Origin: an uncultured Armatimonadia bacterium
GTDB taxonomy: Bacteria > Armatimonadota > Zipacnadia > Zipacnadales > VGFC01
Direction: 5' to 3'
NCBI GenBank assembly: GCA_964555935.1
Contig: CAZKUN010000005.1
Location: 28,335-92,334 of the forward strand
Length of the DNA: 64,000 nt
Positions 16,948-26,865 of the stretch are shown in pieces. Every line of letters begins with the position of its first letter. Positions within the stretch are counted from its first letter, which is position 1. Position numbers and translations under genes: made by a program. Below the pieces are notes generated by a model, which was given only the letters and a program-made list of their open reading frames with translations, did not search any database and was not told the DNA's origin.

Positions 16948-18228
16948 CTAACCCCCCATCTCCTCCGCCAGGAAACACGCCAACACCTTGCAGACATTGA
17001 CGAGGCTGTCGATCTCGACGTGCTCGTCGGGCGAGTGCGCGAAGCCTGATTTGCCCGGCCCAAACAGCACCGTCGGTGTGCCCGCGTGATGCGCGTAGTA
17101 GCAGGCATCGCTCCAACCGACCATGTGATTGAACTCCGGCGTCGTCCCGATCATCTCGCCATGCATCGTCGCCAGCCGCTGGATCGCCGGCGCGTCTTCA
17201 GGCACGCTGAAGGGCACGAGGTCTTTCACCCACTCGACTCGCGATGGGTGCCCGCTGAGCCACTCGTCCCCCGCGTCCGCACCAGCGATTGCCGCCTCGA
17301 AGCCCTCTCGGATCGGCCCCGCGCCAAACGAATGCCCGGCTTGCTCGGCGGAGAGCGCCTCGTCGTAGTGGTAGACCATGTTCAGCGACATCCGCGCCTT
17401 GCCCGGCACGACGGCCGGGTGGACACCGCAATCCAATATGCCGATGTTCGTCCGACAGTCCGGGCGCGCCGCGAGGCGGCCGTTGCCGAAGTCGTCGATG
17501 GCTGACTTGACGATCAGCGCTTTGTCGAGCGCCGACACCCCCGTGCCATACGCCGCGTGGCCTTCCTGGCCGGTCACGTGCACGTCCGCGGTCAGGCATC
17601 CATAGCACCCCAGCGTCATCGCCCCATCATTGCCGTCGAGGAAGATCGCCAGGTCGCCCGTGTAGCCTGCGTCGACACAGGCCACCGTCCCCGCGCCGCT
17701 GCCGTTGCACTCCTCATCGACCACGCTCTCGAAGATGATCTTGCCGTTCAGCTCGATCCCGGATTGAGCCAACGCCTCAAGCGCGCAGAGACCGACGGTC
17801 AGCCCGCCTTTGCAGTCCGTCGGACCGCGACCCCAGATCTGGTCGCCGCGAATCTCGGCCGCGAACGGATCGCAGTTCATATCGGCCGCGCCGACGGTGT
17901 CCATGTGCCCGTTGAGGATGATCGTCGGTCCGCCCGAGCCGTACTCGATCTCGCCGACGAGGTTAGGCCGGTCGGTGAAGTCGCGTCCTTGCGGCCCGAT
18001 GACGCTCATGCGTTCATAGATGTCCGGCGGCGGCTCAAACAGCGTCACCTTCGCGCCAAGCGCCTCCAGCTTCGGCACGAGATGCTCCTGCCCGGCCTTC
18101 TCTCCCGCCGCGTTCGGGTCGCCGCTGTAAGGGTTGACCGTGTTGATGTTCACGAGCCCTCGGCATGTTTCGACGATCCGATCTCGCATCGCGTCAACGC
18201 GCGCCGCTAGTGCTTCTCGCATTGGCAC
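16948..18228 (-). CDS. M20-family metallopeptidase (ArgE/DapE/Acy1-like)
   Basis: LNGHMDTVGAA, WGRGPTDCKGG and VVDEECNGSG motifs. Confidence 0.8.
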   Translation of the reverse strand: MPMREALAARVDAMRDRIVETCRGLVNINTVNPYSGDPNAAGEKAGQEHLVPKLEALGAKVTLFEPPPDIYERMSVIGPQGRDFTDRPNLVGEIEYGSGGPTIILNGHMDTVGAADMNCDPFAAEIRGDQIWGRGPTDCKGGLTVGLCALEALAQSGIELNGKIIFESVVDEECNGSGAGTVACVDAGYTGDLAIFLDGNDGAMTLGCYGCLTADVHVTGQEGHAAYGTGVSALDKALIVKSAIDDFGNGRLAARPDCRTNIGILDCGVHPAVVPGKARMSLNMVYHYDEALSAEQAGHSFGAGPIREGFEAAIAGADAGDEWLSGHPSRVEWVKDLVPFSVPEDAPAIQRLATMHGEMIGTTPEFNHMVGWSDACYYAHHAGTPTVLFGPGKSGFAHSPDEHVEIDSLVNVCKVLACFLAEEMGG

Positions 18229-18277
18229 CCTCCGTGTAGGAGCTGCTTCAGCTGCGACATGTCCACCGTCGTCTATC

Positions 18278-21076
18278 TCACCCGGCCCACTCCAACTTCG
18301 GCTCGCCCCACACGGCCCAATCCCAGCCAGAGTTGCCGAGGGAGTCCGTCACCAACGAGACCAACACCGTGTCTCCGCGGCCATGGATATTGACCTCGCC
18401 GTCCACCCACCCCTTCGGCGCATCGAAACGCTCGCGCCACGCGGACTGACCATTGATCTCCACCCCCATCGATGCCTGCTTGCCGCCATCCCTGAGGCCG
18501 CATGAGAAGGCGAGTTTCACCGGCTCTCGCGGGAGCTTCAGCACCCAGTCCAGACGCGTCTCTCCCTGCCAGGGCGGGTGCGCGCTGATGCCGCGAATCG
18601 ACCGCCCGCCGATCTCGAACTCGTCCACCATCCCCGCGCCCCAGACGCTATGCTCGACGACCCGCCCGCCGACGGAGATGTTCGTGGTGAAGGGCAGATC
18701 GATGAGCGATACTGGCCCGCCGACATCCGCCACTTCGTAGGCGTGGATGAGCGTCCAAGGGTCGATGCCCTCGATCACGGCGACGGGCTCGCGATCCGTT
18801 TGGATGGTTGCGCTGATGGGATCGGCGCGCGGCAAGCCGACGACGATGCGCGGCTCGGCGATGGCGGCCCAGTCGTATCCAGCGTCGCCAAGTTCGCCGG
18901 GATCAACCGACAGCTCGAGTTCGACCGTTTGACCGGCGAACGCTGCTAGATCAACATCCCGGTCGGCCCACCGCCGCGAGGCATGTTGCCACTGCGCCAG
19001 ACGGTCACCATCCACGCGGACCGTGGCGCGAATCCCATCGCCGGGCGCTTCGCCGCGCTGGCGAGCCGGGAGGTCGCGAAGGCCGGTGGCGAGTCGCAGC
19101 CAGAGCGGCTGGCGGTCTGGGAGCCGGAGCCGCCAGCGCAGCACGGTTTCGGCCTCGGGCGTCGCTCCCTCGTCGAATTGCCAGGGCGGGTGAACCAGTA
19201 TCGCGTCGCGCTCGTCCCCGCCGCAGATCGCCGAGGCCGGAGCGACCTGGGCCCCATGCCCGATGGCAAGCTCTGCACCGTCAACTCGGATGAAGAACAC
19301 GGGCGGCTGGCGCAGGAGATCAACAACTATCTCGGGCGCGGGCTTCAGCCGCGCGAAGGCGCGCTGCGCGTTCTCGCCGGCGGTCACTCGCACGGGTTCG
19401 GAGCAATCGGTGAGGCCGAATCCGGAGCGGCCCGCGTCGCCTTCGGGCAAGTACACGTGCTCGGGCCAGAGGCCGAAAGCCGTGCCGTTGCGCCACGCCC
19501 TCCAGTGCGGAATCGGCTCATTCGACGTGGCCGCGCCTTCGACGATCTGCGTCGCGTCCGCCAGCGCCATGCGCGTCCCCGGCTCATCCGCGTTTAACGC
19601 CTTGTGGATCGTCAGCCCCGGCAGCGCGCCGATGCAGTCGTGGACGCCTTGGAACGTGAACCACGCGCGCCGATCCCAGTGGGTCCCCACCTGCGTCGGC
19701 ACGGCCAAATGGTGGTAGGTCTGCGAGTAGTCCTGGAAGATGAAGCTGCTGACGGGATGGTGGTCGCCATGCTTGGCGTCCATGTTGTCCATCGCCGCCG
19801 CGCCGCTTTGCACGAAGCTCGCGCCGAGCAGGTTGTGGCTCTGCGCCTCGACGCTCAACGCGACCTCGGGAAGCGCCTCGCGAATCTCACGCACCAGCAA
19901 CTCGGCGCCGCGAGCGGGATTGATGCCACCTACCGGGCCGGGGAGCGAGTTATTGAACGCGGGGTAATCGAGGTGGATCGCATCGAAGGGCGTGTCCGCG
20001 TAAGCTGCGGCGTAGGCATCGACGAACAGGCGCCGGACCTCGGGGAAGGCGGGGTTGAGCATGACGATCTCAGTCGGCGCGCCGCTGCCGAGCATCCACC
20101 CCACGATGTTCCCATTCTGAGGGTAGCGCTCGGCGAATCTCTCGTATTGGGGGTACAGCTCGTGCCTTGGCCCAATGCCGAGCAGATTGCCATGGACCAT
20201 CACCCGGAAGCCCATCTCTCGAGCCGCCGGGATCAGCTCGCGAGCATGCGCCGAGGGCGTGAAGTCCGGGTAGTCGACGTCGTATGGAAGCTCGCGCCAG
20301 TGGGGATAGTAGAGCACGGCCCGGGGCGGATCCGCGACCTGCGCAAATCGCCTGAGCGCATCGATGTCGACGTCGCCGGCAAGCTCTGCGACGCGCGTGA
20401 TCCGCGCCCCCCAGGCCGGCGAATTCGGCGGCTGGCGCTCGGACCGACGCAGCGCCTCGCGGTAGATTCCAGCGCCGACTTGCCACTCTCCCTCGTACCC
20501 GAGAAAGCGCCACGTCGGGCCAGCGATCTCGATGACTTCCTCCCACGGCGGATCCGCCTGGCGCCTCAGCGCGAACGAGACCACTCCCGCCGCGCGCTGC
20601 GCTTCGATCGACACGAAGGGGTAACTCGCGTCGTCCGCATAGATGAGCACTCCGCCCGCCGCTCCCTGAACGAGCACCATCGGCGCCTCAAGGCCCCATG
20701 CCGAGTAGGCATAGTCCTCGCGCCATGGCTTGCAGTCGCCATCAATCTCGATGCCGCCCATAGCGGGGATGATGAGTCGGACCTCGTCTAGCCCAAACGG
20801 CCCGACGACGATGCGCGACTCCGTCAGCAGACCTTCGCCTTTACGCGCTGTAGCTGTCGCCGTGACCGCATCACCATCCACCGCCAACGTAACGTCCGTC
20901 AACTCATCCATGGCGGGCAACGTGGCAAATGGATCCGGGTCGACCGCGGCATAGTTCTCGCCGGTGATCCGGTTGGAAACAGCAGCGATGCGGCCGTCGG
21001 TCAGGTCGAGGGAAACGGTGCGACTCTCGAGGGGAGCGGCGGCGGCGACTCCAGCGCAGAGGAGCGCTGCGATCAT
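18278..21076 (-). CDS. large secreted protein, central glycoside-hydrolase-like TIM-barrel region suspected
   Basis: Signal peptide MIAALLCAGVAAAAP. The central segment (YYPHWRELPYDVDYPDFTP...GFRVMVHGNLLG...AIHLDYP) resembles sugar-processing barrels, but I recognise no named family. Its start overlaps the XPB stop (ATGA). Confidence 0.45.
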   Translation of the reverse strand: MIAALLCAGVAAAAPLESRTVSLDLTDGRIAAVSNRITGENYAAVDPDPFATLPAMDELTDVTLAVDGDAVTATATARKGEGLLTESRIVVGPFGLDEVRLIIPAMGGIEIDGDCKPWREDYAYSAWGLEAPMVLVQGAAGGVLIYADDASYPFVSIEAQRAAGVVSFALRRQADPPWEEVIEIAGPTWRFLGYEGEWQVGAGIYREALRRSERQPPNSPAWGARITRVAELAGDVDIDALRRFAQVADPPRAVLYYPHWRELPYDVDYPDFTPSAHARELIPAAREMGFRVMVHGNLLGIGPRHELYPQYERFAERYPQNGNIVGWMLGSGAPTEIVMLNPAFPEVRRLFVDAYAAAYADTPFDAIHLDYPAFNNSLPGPVGGINPARGAELLVREIREALPEVALSVEAQSHNLLGASFVQSGAAAMDNMDAKHGDHHPVSSFIFQDYSQTYHHLAVPTQVGTHWDRRAWFTFQGVHDCIGALPGLTIHKALNADEPGTRMALADATQIVEGAATSNEPIPHWRAWRNGTAFGLWPEHVYLPEGDAGRSGFGLTDCSEPVRVTAGENAQRAFARLKPAPEIVVDLLRQPPVFFIRVDGAELAIGHGAQVAPASAICGGDERDAILVHPPWQFDEGATPEAETVLRWRLRLPDRQPLWLRLATGLRDLPARQRGEAPGDGIRATVRVDGDRLAQWQHASRRWADRDVDLAAFAGQTVELELSVDPGELGDAGYDWAAIAEPRIVVGLPRADPISATIQTDREPVAVIEGIDPWTLIHAYEVADVGGPVSLIDLPFTTNISVGGRVVEHSVWGAGMVDEFEIGGRSIRGISAHPPWQGETRLDWVLKLPREPVKLAFSCGLRDGGKQASMGVEINGQSAWRERFDAPKGWVDGEVNIHGRGDTVLVSLVTDSLGNSGWDWAVWGEPKLEWAG

Positions 21077-22770
21077 CAGGAATCCTCCAGCAACCCGGGC
21101 GGAAGGCCCGTGCTGATGGTGTAGCTGTAGCCTTGCTCGGTCAGGAAGAGCTGGCGGTTCGCGCTGAACTCCTGCTCGCGAGTGTCCTTGGTGACCAGCG
21201 TGTAGAACCGCGCCTGGCCGCCATCCGCCTTCGGACGCAAGATGCGCCCCAGGCGCTGCGCCTCCTCCTGGCGCGAGCCGAAGGTGCCCGAGACCTGGAT
21301 GGCGACGTTCGCGTCGGGGAGATCGATCGCGAAGTTGGCGACCTTCGAGACCACCAGCTGCTTCAGCTCGCCTCGGCGGAACTGCCCGTATAGCCTCTCG
21401 CGTTCCTTGTTCGGCGTCCGCCCGGTGATGATCGGGGCCTTGACGACATCCGCGATCGCGTCGAGCTGAGAGAGATACTGCCCGATGATCAGCACTTGGT
21501 CATCGCAATGCCTGGCGAGGAGTTCAAGCAGGATCGGAATCTTGGCTGGATTCTCAGCGGCGAGGCGGTACTGGATCCCCCGCGTCGCGACCGAGTACTC
21601 GACCCGCGATTCCGTCGGCATCGGCACGCGGATCTCCGCGCAGAGCGCCTGCGCGATCCAACCTTTTGACTCAAGGTCCTTCCACGGAATGTCGTAGCGC
21701 TTCGGCCCGATCAGCGAGAAGACTTCGCTCTCGCGTCCGTCCTCACGCACGAGCGTCGCCGTCAGCCCGAGCCGCCGTCGCGCCTGGATGTCGGTGGTCG
21801 CGCGGAACACGGGGGCGGGCAGCAGATGCACCTCGTCGTAGATGATGAGCCCCCAGTTATTCTCAGTCATCAGCTTCAGGTGCGGGAAGTCGGCCTTCTT
21901 GCTCGGCCGCCAGGTCATGCACTGGTACGTGGTGATCGTGACGGGCCGGACTTCCTTCTTGTCGCCGGTGTACTCGCCGATCTCATCCTCGCCTAGCGTT
22001 GACTTGTCGCGCAACTCGTCTATCCACTGACGGACCGCAACCGTGTTCGTCGAGATGATCAGAGTCCAGCACTTCAGCGCCGCTATCGCGCCCATGCCGA
22101 CCATCGTCTTGCCCGCTCCACATGGCATCACGATGACGCCGTTCCCGCCGTAGACCGTGCCGCCCGCGTGAAACGCGCCGACCGCGTCGGTCTGGTAGTC
22201 GCGCAACCCAAACTCCCCACCCGATCGCGAGACATCCAGCAACCCCACCTCAAGCGGCTCGCCGGGCGTGTACCCGGCGAGGTCTTCGACGGGCCATCCG
22301 AGCTTGACGAGCTTCTGTTTGATCTGTCCGCGCGCCGCCGGGTCGATGAGAATTGCCTGCGGGCTGATGCGGTGGGCCAGCACCGAGTAGAGGTCGCGCT
22401 GTCCCTCGAGTTCTGTCAGCAGCAATTCGTCCTCGGAGACCAGCAGGAGGTGCCCGTTCTTGCGGATCAGCTTCAGCCGGCCGTAACGGCTCATGTAGTC
22501 GCGAACGTCCTCCAGCACGTTGCCGGGGACGTCGTACTTGCTCAGGTCCTCAAGCGCCTCGGTGATCTGCGGGGGGGCCATGCCTGTCGCGGCCGCATTC
22601 CACAGCGACAGCGGACTGATCCGATAGGTGTGGACGTACTCGGGCGACTTCACAACCTCTGCAAACCGCGCGAGTCGATCCCGCGCCTCTTCGTATCGAG
22701 GGTTTTGCACCTCTAGCAATATCGTACCGTCGCTCTGCACGATGAGCGGGTTCGCGGGGTCCATGGTCAC
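21076..22770 (-). CDS. XPB/Ssl2 (ERCC3)-type superfamily-2 DNA helicase
   Basis: N-terminal PLIVQSDGTILLEV...HTYRISPLSLWNA damage-recognition-like domain, Walker A MPCGAGKT, DEVH box (IIYDEVHLLPA) and the XPB-specific RED motif (ATLVREDGRE). Confidence 0.9.
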   Translation of the reverse strand: MTMDPANPLIVQSDGTILLEVQNPRYEEARDRLARFAEVVKSPEYVHTYRISPLSLWNAAATGMAPPQITEALEDLSKYDVPGNVLEDVRDYMSRYGRLKLIRKNGHLLLVSEDELLLTELEGQRDLYSVLAHRISPQAILIDPAARGQIKQKLVKLGWPVEDLAGYTPGEPLEVGLLDVSRSGGEFGLRDYQTDAVGAFHAGGTVYGGNGVIVMPCGAGKTMVGMGAIAALKCWTLIISTNTVAVRQWIDELRDKSTLGEDEIGEYTGDKKEVRPVTITTYQCMTWRPSKKADFPHLKLMTENNWGLIIYDEVHLLPAPVFRATTDIQARRRLGLTATLVREDGRESEVFSLIGPKRYDIPWKDLESKGWIAQALCAEIRVPMPTESRVEYSVATRGIQYRLAAENPAKIPILLELLARHCDDQVLIIGQYLSQLDAIADVVKAPIITGRTPNKERERLYGQFRRGELKQLVVSKVANFAIDLPDANVAIQVSGTFGSRQEEAQRLGRILRPKADGGQARFYTLVTKDTREQEFSANRQLFLTEQGYSYTISTGLPPGLLEDS

Positions 22771-25421
22771 CTGCGTTCCTGTTTGCCGGCGCCGGATACG
22801 TCATCAGGCCACTGCGCCGGCTCGTCAAGCAGCACGATTCGGTCCATCCGACCAACGTCGAAGGTGCGATGCGATTCCCGCGAGTGGCAATACGCCTGCA
22901 GGCGCTCCTGCCCCCATCGAGATCGCTCCAACACGCGCGGGCTGAGCGTCCACTCGCTTGGATGCTCGCCCTTCAGGACCGACTGGTATAGCACCAGCAC
23001 TCGCTGTCCGGACTCGACCGCGTCGTTGACGAGCTGCGTCCGCTCAGCCTCAGCGTCGCCGGCTTCCCAACGTCTGCGTCCCCATGCCTGCGCCGCGGCC
23101 GACCGCGTCTGAACGAGACTGACGGGCACGTCGTCGGTCGATGTTGGCATCGCGCCGATATCCACGCCCGCGTCGTTCAGGAACTCGCGAAGGTCTTCCG
23201 CTAGCTCCGGTTTCACCACAAACACAGACCCGCCAAGGGAGCCCACGACCGCCTCGCGGACACGCGGCACGCTGAGCACGTCAGCCACCGCATCCGGCGG
23301 CAGCGACAGGACCGTGACCTCGTCGAGCTGAGCGTCGCCATAGCGTCCGAGCCAGCCTCGGATCTTCAGCACTTGCTCCGCGCTGGGAGCGCCCTCGACG
23401 CCCGCCTCCAGAAAGCCCTCTACGTCCCGCGGATCGACGCCGAGGTCAAGTCCCCGACGAACCGCGTCGCGACTCAGTTGGTAATGCCCCGTCGCCTCAT
23501 CCAAGTCGGCGACATGCCCAAGCAGGTGAGAGACATACCAGTGCCACTTGGCCTCAATGGGCTCGGCCTGCATCGACAGCCCGAGGCGAAACGCGTCCGC
23601 GACGCCCGCCGCGTGATCGACAACCCGCGCGTCCATCCTCTCGGCGAGCTGTTCCTCGATGCGGTCGCGTCCACCGGCCAAGACGCGGGCGGCTGTGGGG
23701 CCGAGCCTCTCCAGGCAATCCGCGTCAAACTCATCAAGTTCCTCGGGCGTGTCCGCCTCGAGAATCCACGCGCCGTGGCGCAGCTCGTAACGCTCGAACG
23801 CGTCGACCCACTCGTCGATCGAGAAGGCCACATTCTGCGGCACGGTCACGCGCCCATGGTCGTTGAGCGTCGTCGTGATCTGCTCGCGGGTCATGCCGCC
23901 TTCGAAGCCCGCCGTCACTGAGGCCTGCGTGATGTGAAGCATCGCCGCGCGGTCGAAGGACGTCAGCTCGGCCACTCGCGACAACCGCCAGACCGTCCCA
24001 ATGTTGTCACCGCCGCCGTCGGCGATGATCTCGAAGTTCGGCTGCACGAAGAACCGACCGGGCGCGTCGTCAGGCTCATCGATGGGCGCGTCGTCGGACG
24101 ATAGCGCTGCCGCCCCCAGTTCGGTGATCCGGAAGACGACGCCGTCCGCCCCGTCTCCCACCTCAACCAGCCCGATCCGCGCCAGGGCCTCGACAATGAA
24201 CTGCTCGATGAAGACGCCTTCGACCGCGGACCAGCCGTCCCACATCCCGACCGGCTCCGGATCGCTGGCGCCGAGGCTGAGGATCCCGCGATACTCGGGC
24301 TCGGTGACCGCGCCGTTCCACCTCGGCGCGTGGCGGCGGATGAGGAAATCCGGATTCGCGCGCATCATGCCCTCGGCGAACGCGCCGACGCTGTGCCACG
24401 TGCCAGGTGTCGCGATGCGGGCCAGGACGTCCACGAGCTTCCGCCGCGCCCCCACTCGCCGCCCGGGACCTGGCAGATCGCTGCCGTCGCGCGAGAGCGC
24501 CGGTGGCTTCTCAAGCACGACCGACGCGGAGGTCTCCAGCTCACCCCAACGCGTCTGAGCGATGGCCGCGTCGAGCAACCAGGAGGCCTGTCGCTGCAGT
24601 CCGACCGAGAAGAACTCGTCGGCATGGGCGCATGGCCGCAGCCGCTGCTCCGAGATCGCCGCGACCTCCGCCTGCAGCGCGATCGCAACCAACCACATCA
24701 GGCCCGGCGCTTCCTCAAGCCTGCGCGCGTGCTTGTACCGGTCGCCATCGTCTACGGCCGCCGCGAGGTCCACAAAATCGGTCTGGCCCAGGCTTCGGGA
24801 CGTGCTCAGCACCTCGGGGCGTCGCTCGTCGATGAACCGCGCCAGCAGGAACAACTCGCGGATTACCTCGCCCGGCGCCGCGCGACGTTTCTCATGCGAT
24901 CCCGGCGCGACGGGCAGGGGCGGCTCCGGCTCAATGTCTACGGCCTTTGCCGCGATCTCGTCGGGCACCCACAGCCTGCCCGCGGGAAGCAGCGTCCACT
25001 CGGGGTCGAGGCCGGCATCATCATCGTTCGAATCTCTCGTCGGCTTGCTCGTCGAGGCGACATGAAACACCAGCCCCCGCTCGACCAGCGACTGCAGCGT
25101 CGTGCTGGGCTCGGCTCCGCCACGACGCCTGAGCCACCAGTCCACCGCGCCGATTCTCGGCTGGCCGCCCGCTCGCGCCATGAACGCCAGCAGGGCTAGC
25201 TCGCCACCGTCGGCGCCGGCCAGCATCGCGTCGACGCGCTCAGGCCGCAGCAGAGCCTCCGCGAGTTTCGGGATCATTTTCTCGCGCTGAGCAGGCAGGC
25301 GCTTGCCGGCCTGCTTCTTGAGCAGGCACAGCAACTCGTCCGGGTAGCCATCGATCACCCAATCAAGGCTCTCACGCATCGTGCCCGAGTCGTGCATGCG
25401 CGGGTTCTCCGGTGCTCCCAA
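22767..25421 (-). CDS. XPB-associated large protein (helicase-associated, C-terminal WYL-like beta region)
   Basis: 4-nt overlap with the XPB start. It is an 884-aa acidic, helical protein. Its C-terminus (RVLVLYQS...EWTLSPRVLE...LQAYCHSRESHRTFDVGRMDRIVLL) resembles WYL-type ligand-sensing folds. The start is uncertain (25421, 25397 or 25379). Confidence 0.55.
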   Translation of the reverse strand: MGAPENPRMHDSGTMRESLDWVIDGYPDELLCLLKKQAGKRLPAQREKMIPKLAEALLRPERVDAMLAGADGGELALLAFMARAGGQPRIGAVDWWLRRRGGAEPSTTLQSLVERGLVFHVASTSKPTRDSNDDDAGLDPEWTLLPAGRLWVPDEIAAKAVDIEPEPPLPVAPGSHEKRRAAPGEVIRELFLLARFIDERRPEVLSTSRSLGQTDFVDLAAAVDDGDRYKHARRLEEAPGLMWLVAIALQAEVAAISEQRLRPCAHADEFFSVGLQRQASWLLDAAIAQTRWGELETSASVVLEKPPALSRDGSDLPGPGRRVGARRKLVDVLARIATPGTWHSVGAFAEGMMRANPDFLIRRHAPRWNGAVTEPEYRGILSLGASDPEPVGMWDGWSAVEGVFIEQFIVEALARIGLVEVGDGADGVVFRITELGAAALSSDDAPIDEPDDAPGRFFVQPNFEIIADGGGDNIGTVWRLSRVAELTSFDRAAMLHITQASVTAGFEGGMTREQITTTLNDHGRVTVPQNVAFSIDEWVDAFERYELRHGAWILEADTPEELDEFDADCLERLGPTAARVLAGGRDRIEEQLAERMDARVVDHAAGVADAFRLGLSMQAEPIEAKWHWYVSHLLGHVADLDEATGHYQLSRDAVRRGLDLGVDPRDVEGFLEAGVEGAPSAEQVLKIRGWLGRYGDAQLDEVTVLSLPPDAVADVLSVPRVREAVVGSLGGSVFVVKPELAEDLREFLNDAGVDIGAMPTSTDDVPVSLVQTRSAAAQAWGRRRWEAGDAEAERTQLVNDAVESGQRVLVLYQSVLKGEHPSEWTLSPRVLERSRWGQERLQAYCHSRESHRTFDVGRMDRIVLLDEPAQWPDDVSGAGKQERR

Positions 25422-25432
25422 AAAAGCGCGCG

Positions 25433-25666
25433 TTACGCGTCGCCTCGCGTCGAGTCATCGTCCGTCGTTATTCGTGGGGTGAACCCGGCTCGCGACAGAC
25501 CCTCTCGGAGGGTCTCGACGCGTCGGTGGTCGATCCACGCCACCGTGGATGATAGCCGGGGACCGATGCACAGGCGGCCGGCGTCGGTGGCCTGCGCCTC
25601 GGCGAGGGCGTCGTCGTCCCTTGTCACCAACACAGCAGCATTCTTGTGTAGCTTTATCATGGCCAT
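25433..25666 (-). CDS. small hypothetical protein heading the XPB operon
   Basis: MAMIKLHKNAAVLVTRDDDALAEAQATDAGRLCIGPRLSS..., 11 nt upstream of the 884-aa gene. The start could be 25687, 25666 or 25660. Confidence 0.4.
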   Translation of the reverse strand: MAMIKLHKNAAVLVTRDDDALAEAQATDAGRLCIGPRLSSTVAWIDHRRVETLREGLSRAGFTPRITTDDDSTRGDA

Positions 25667-25672
25667 TCCGGT

Positions 25673-25684
25673 CCGGAATTCCGG
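25673..25684. promoter_or_regulatory. 12-bp perfect palindrome ccggaattccgg at the 5' end of the XPB operon
   Basis: Read directly. It sits just upstream of the internal ATGs of the small ORF (or inside its first codons). This is a candidate operator only. Confidence 0.25.
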
Positions 25685-25780
25685 CATCCATTAGTGCCGA
25701 ACCAAGGTAGCCCAGTTCGCGGGCAATCTGAGTTTGCCCTCTGTGATTTCAGGGGAAATCCGTGATCAGGATTACGGAGG

Positions 25781-26614
25781 TCAGTCATCGACTCGCCCAG
25801 CGACGCTCGCCAACCACTCGCGGGCGCGCCGACGCTGCGGGCTGTCCTTGCACATCCAGAGATCGGTGTGAGGATGGATAACCTTGCCTTCGGGGATATC
25901 GAACAACTCCGTCACCGGGACATCGAGGAACGAGAACTCGCCGAGATCGACGTGTGGCTGAAGGTAATCTCTGACCACCCTTGTGCTTCCGCCCTGACAG
26001 ATCAGCTGCGGGCGCCCGGCCAGGCGCTCAAGCCTCTCAAGCGCGGATGCTCTGTCGCAGCCCGCGTGCGGCCATTCGAGGATGCCGTCGTAGTGATCGT
26101 GGGTGATGAAGCCCTTCCACAGGCTCGCGATCTCCTCGTCCGCGAGGCCCAGGTAGTTGCAGCCAATAGCGCCTCGAGAGAACCCACATAGGACGATGCT
26201 GTCGGGATCGCCGCCGAACTGGTCACAGACGCGAGGGAGGTTGACCTTGCAGTACTCGAGCGTTGCCTCGAGGTCGCCCCACCACGTCACCGCGTTCCGC
26301 TGGCGCCCCTGCTCGACATACGCCATGCCGACCCAGATGAAGCCCGTTCCGCCACTAAGCCCATAGCCCAGATTCGCCCCACGCACTTCGCCCGTCGAGC
26401 CGCACGCCGTGAACAGGTTGCCCGTATACTCCACGAGCACGGGGTACGTCTCTCCCTCGCGCCAATCCGTCGGCAGGTAGACCGAGTGGTAGACCTCAGT
26501 GCCCTCGTATTCGGGCGCGACCTGGCGAACGCGTTTGCCTGGCGCCGGCGCGTCGTCGGTCATCTCGGGCGTCACGAGAACGGCATCATTCGGCCTTCGT
26601 GGACATGGCAGCAC
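25781..26614 (-). CDS. alpha/beta-hydrolase (esterase/dienelactone-hydrolase-like)
   Basis: Nucleophile-elbow-like CGFSRGA, YPVLVEYTGN and a C-terminal HPHTD-type His region. The start is uncertain (26614 or 26563). Confidence 0.55.
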   Translation of the reverse strand: MLPCPRRPNDAVLVTPEMTDDAPAPGKRVRQVAPEYEGTEVYHSVYLPTDWREGETYPVLVEYTGNLFTACGSTGEVRGANLGYGLSGGTGFIWVGMAYVEQGRQRNAVTWWGDLEATLEYCKVNLPRVCDQFGGDPDSIVLCGFSRGAIGCNYLGLADEEIASLWKGFITHDHYDGILEWPHAGCDRASALERLERLAGRPQLICQGGSTRVVRDYLQPHVDLGEFSFLDVPVTELFDIPEGKVIHPHTDLWMCKDSPQRRRAREWLASVAGRVDD

Positions 26615-26668
26615 CTCCCGCTAACACGCAACCCGCTGTCCGTAGGAACACTCTCCGGTTCATTCTCC

Positions 26669-26708
26669 CAATCCCTCGTAGGAGCGGCTTCACCCACCTC
26701 GCAGACGC
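26669..26708. repeat. degenerate third copy of the REP-like unit
   Basis: ccaatccctcgtaggagcggcttcaccc... aligns with ccaatccccgtaagaggggctttagcccc at 26769. Confidence 0.5.
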
Positions 26709-26768
26709 TGGCGAGTCCCTGGACCCTCCCATCGGTTTCGTCGCCACCCACCCCATGCCCGTCTTGCG

Positions 26769-26865
26769 CCAATCCCCGTAAGAGGGGCTTTAGCCCCGAC
26801 GCCGTTGCTTCTGCGGGTACCGGCGTTTACAGCGTCGGGGCTAAAGCCCCTCTTACAGGGATTGG
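26769..26865. repeat. REP/MITE-like long inverted repeat (34-nt arms, 1 mismatch, 29-nt loop)
   Basis: 26769..26802 (ccaatccccgtaagaggggctttagccccgacgc) is the reverse complement of 26832..26865 apart from one base. Each arm also contains its own ggggct/agcccc mini-hairpin. Confidence 0.8.

Noticed and set aside
19604-20791. 395-aa plus-strand ORF inside the 932-aa secreted-protein gene
   Set aside because: It is an antisense shadow. The minus-strand frame has a signal peptide and an ATGA junction with XPB.
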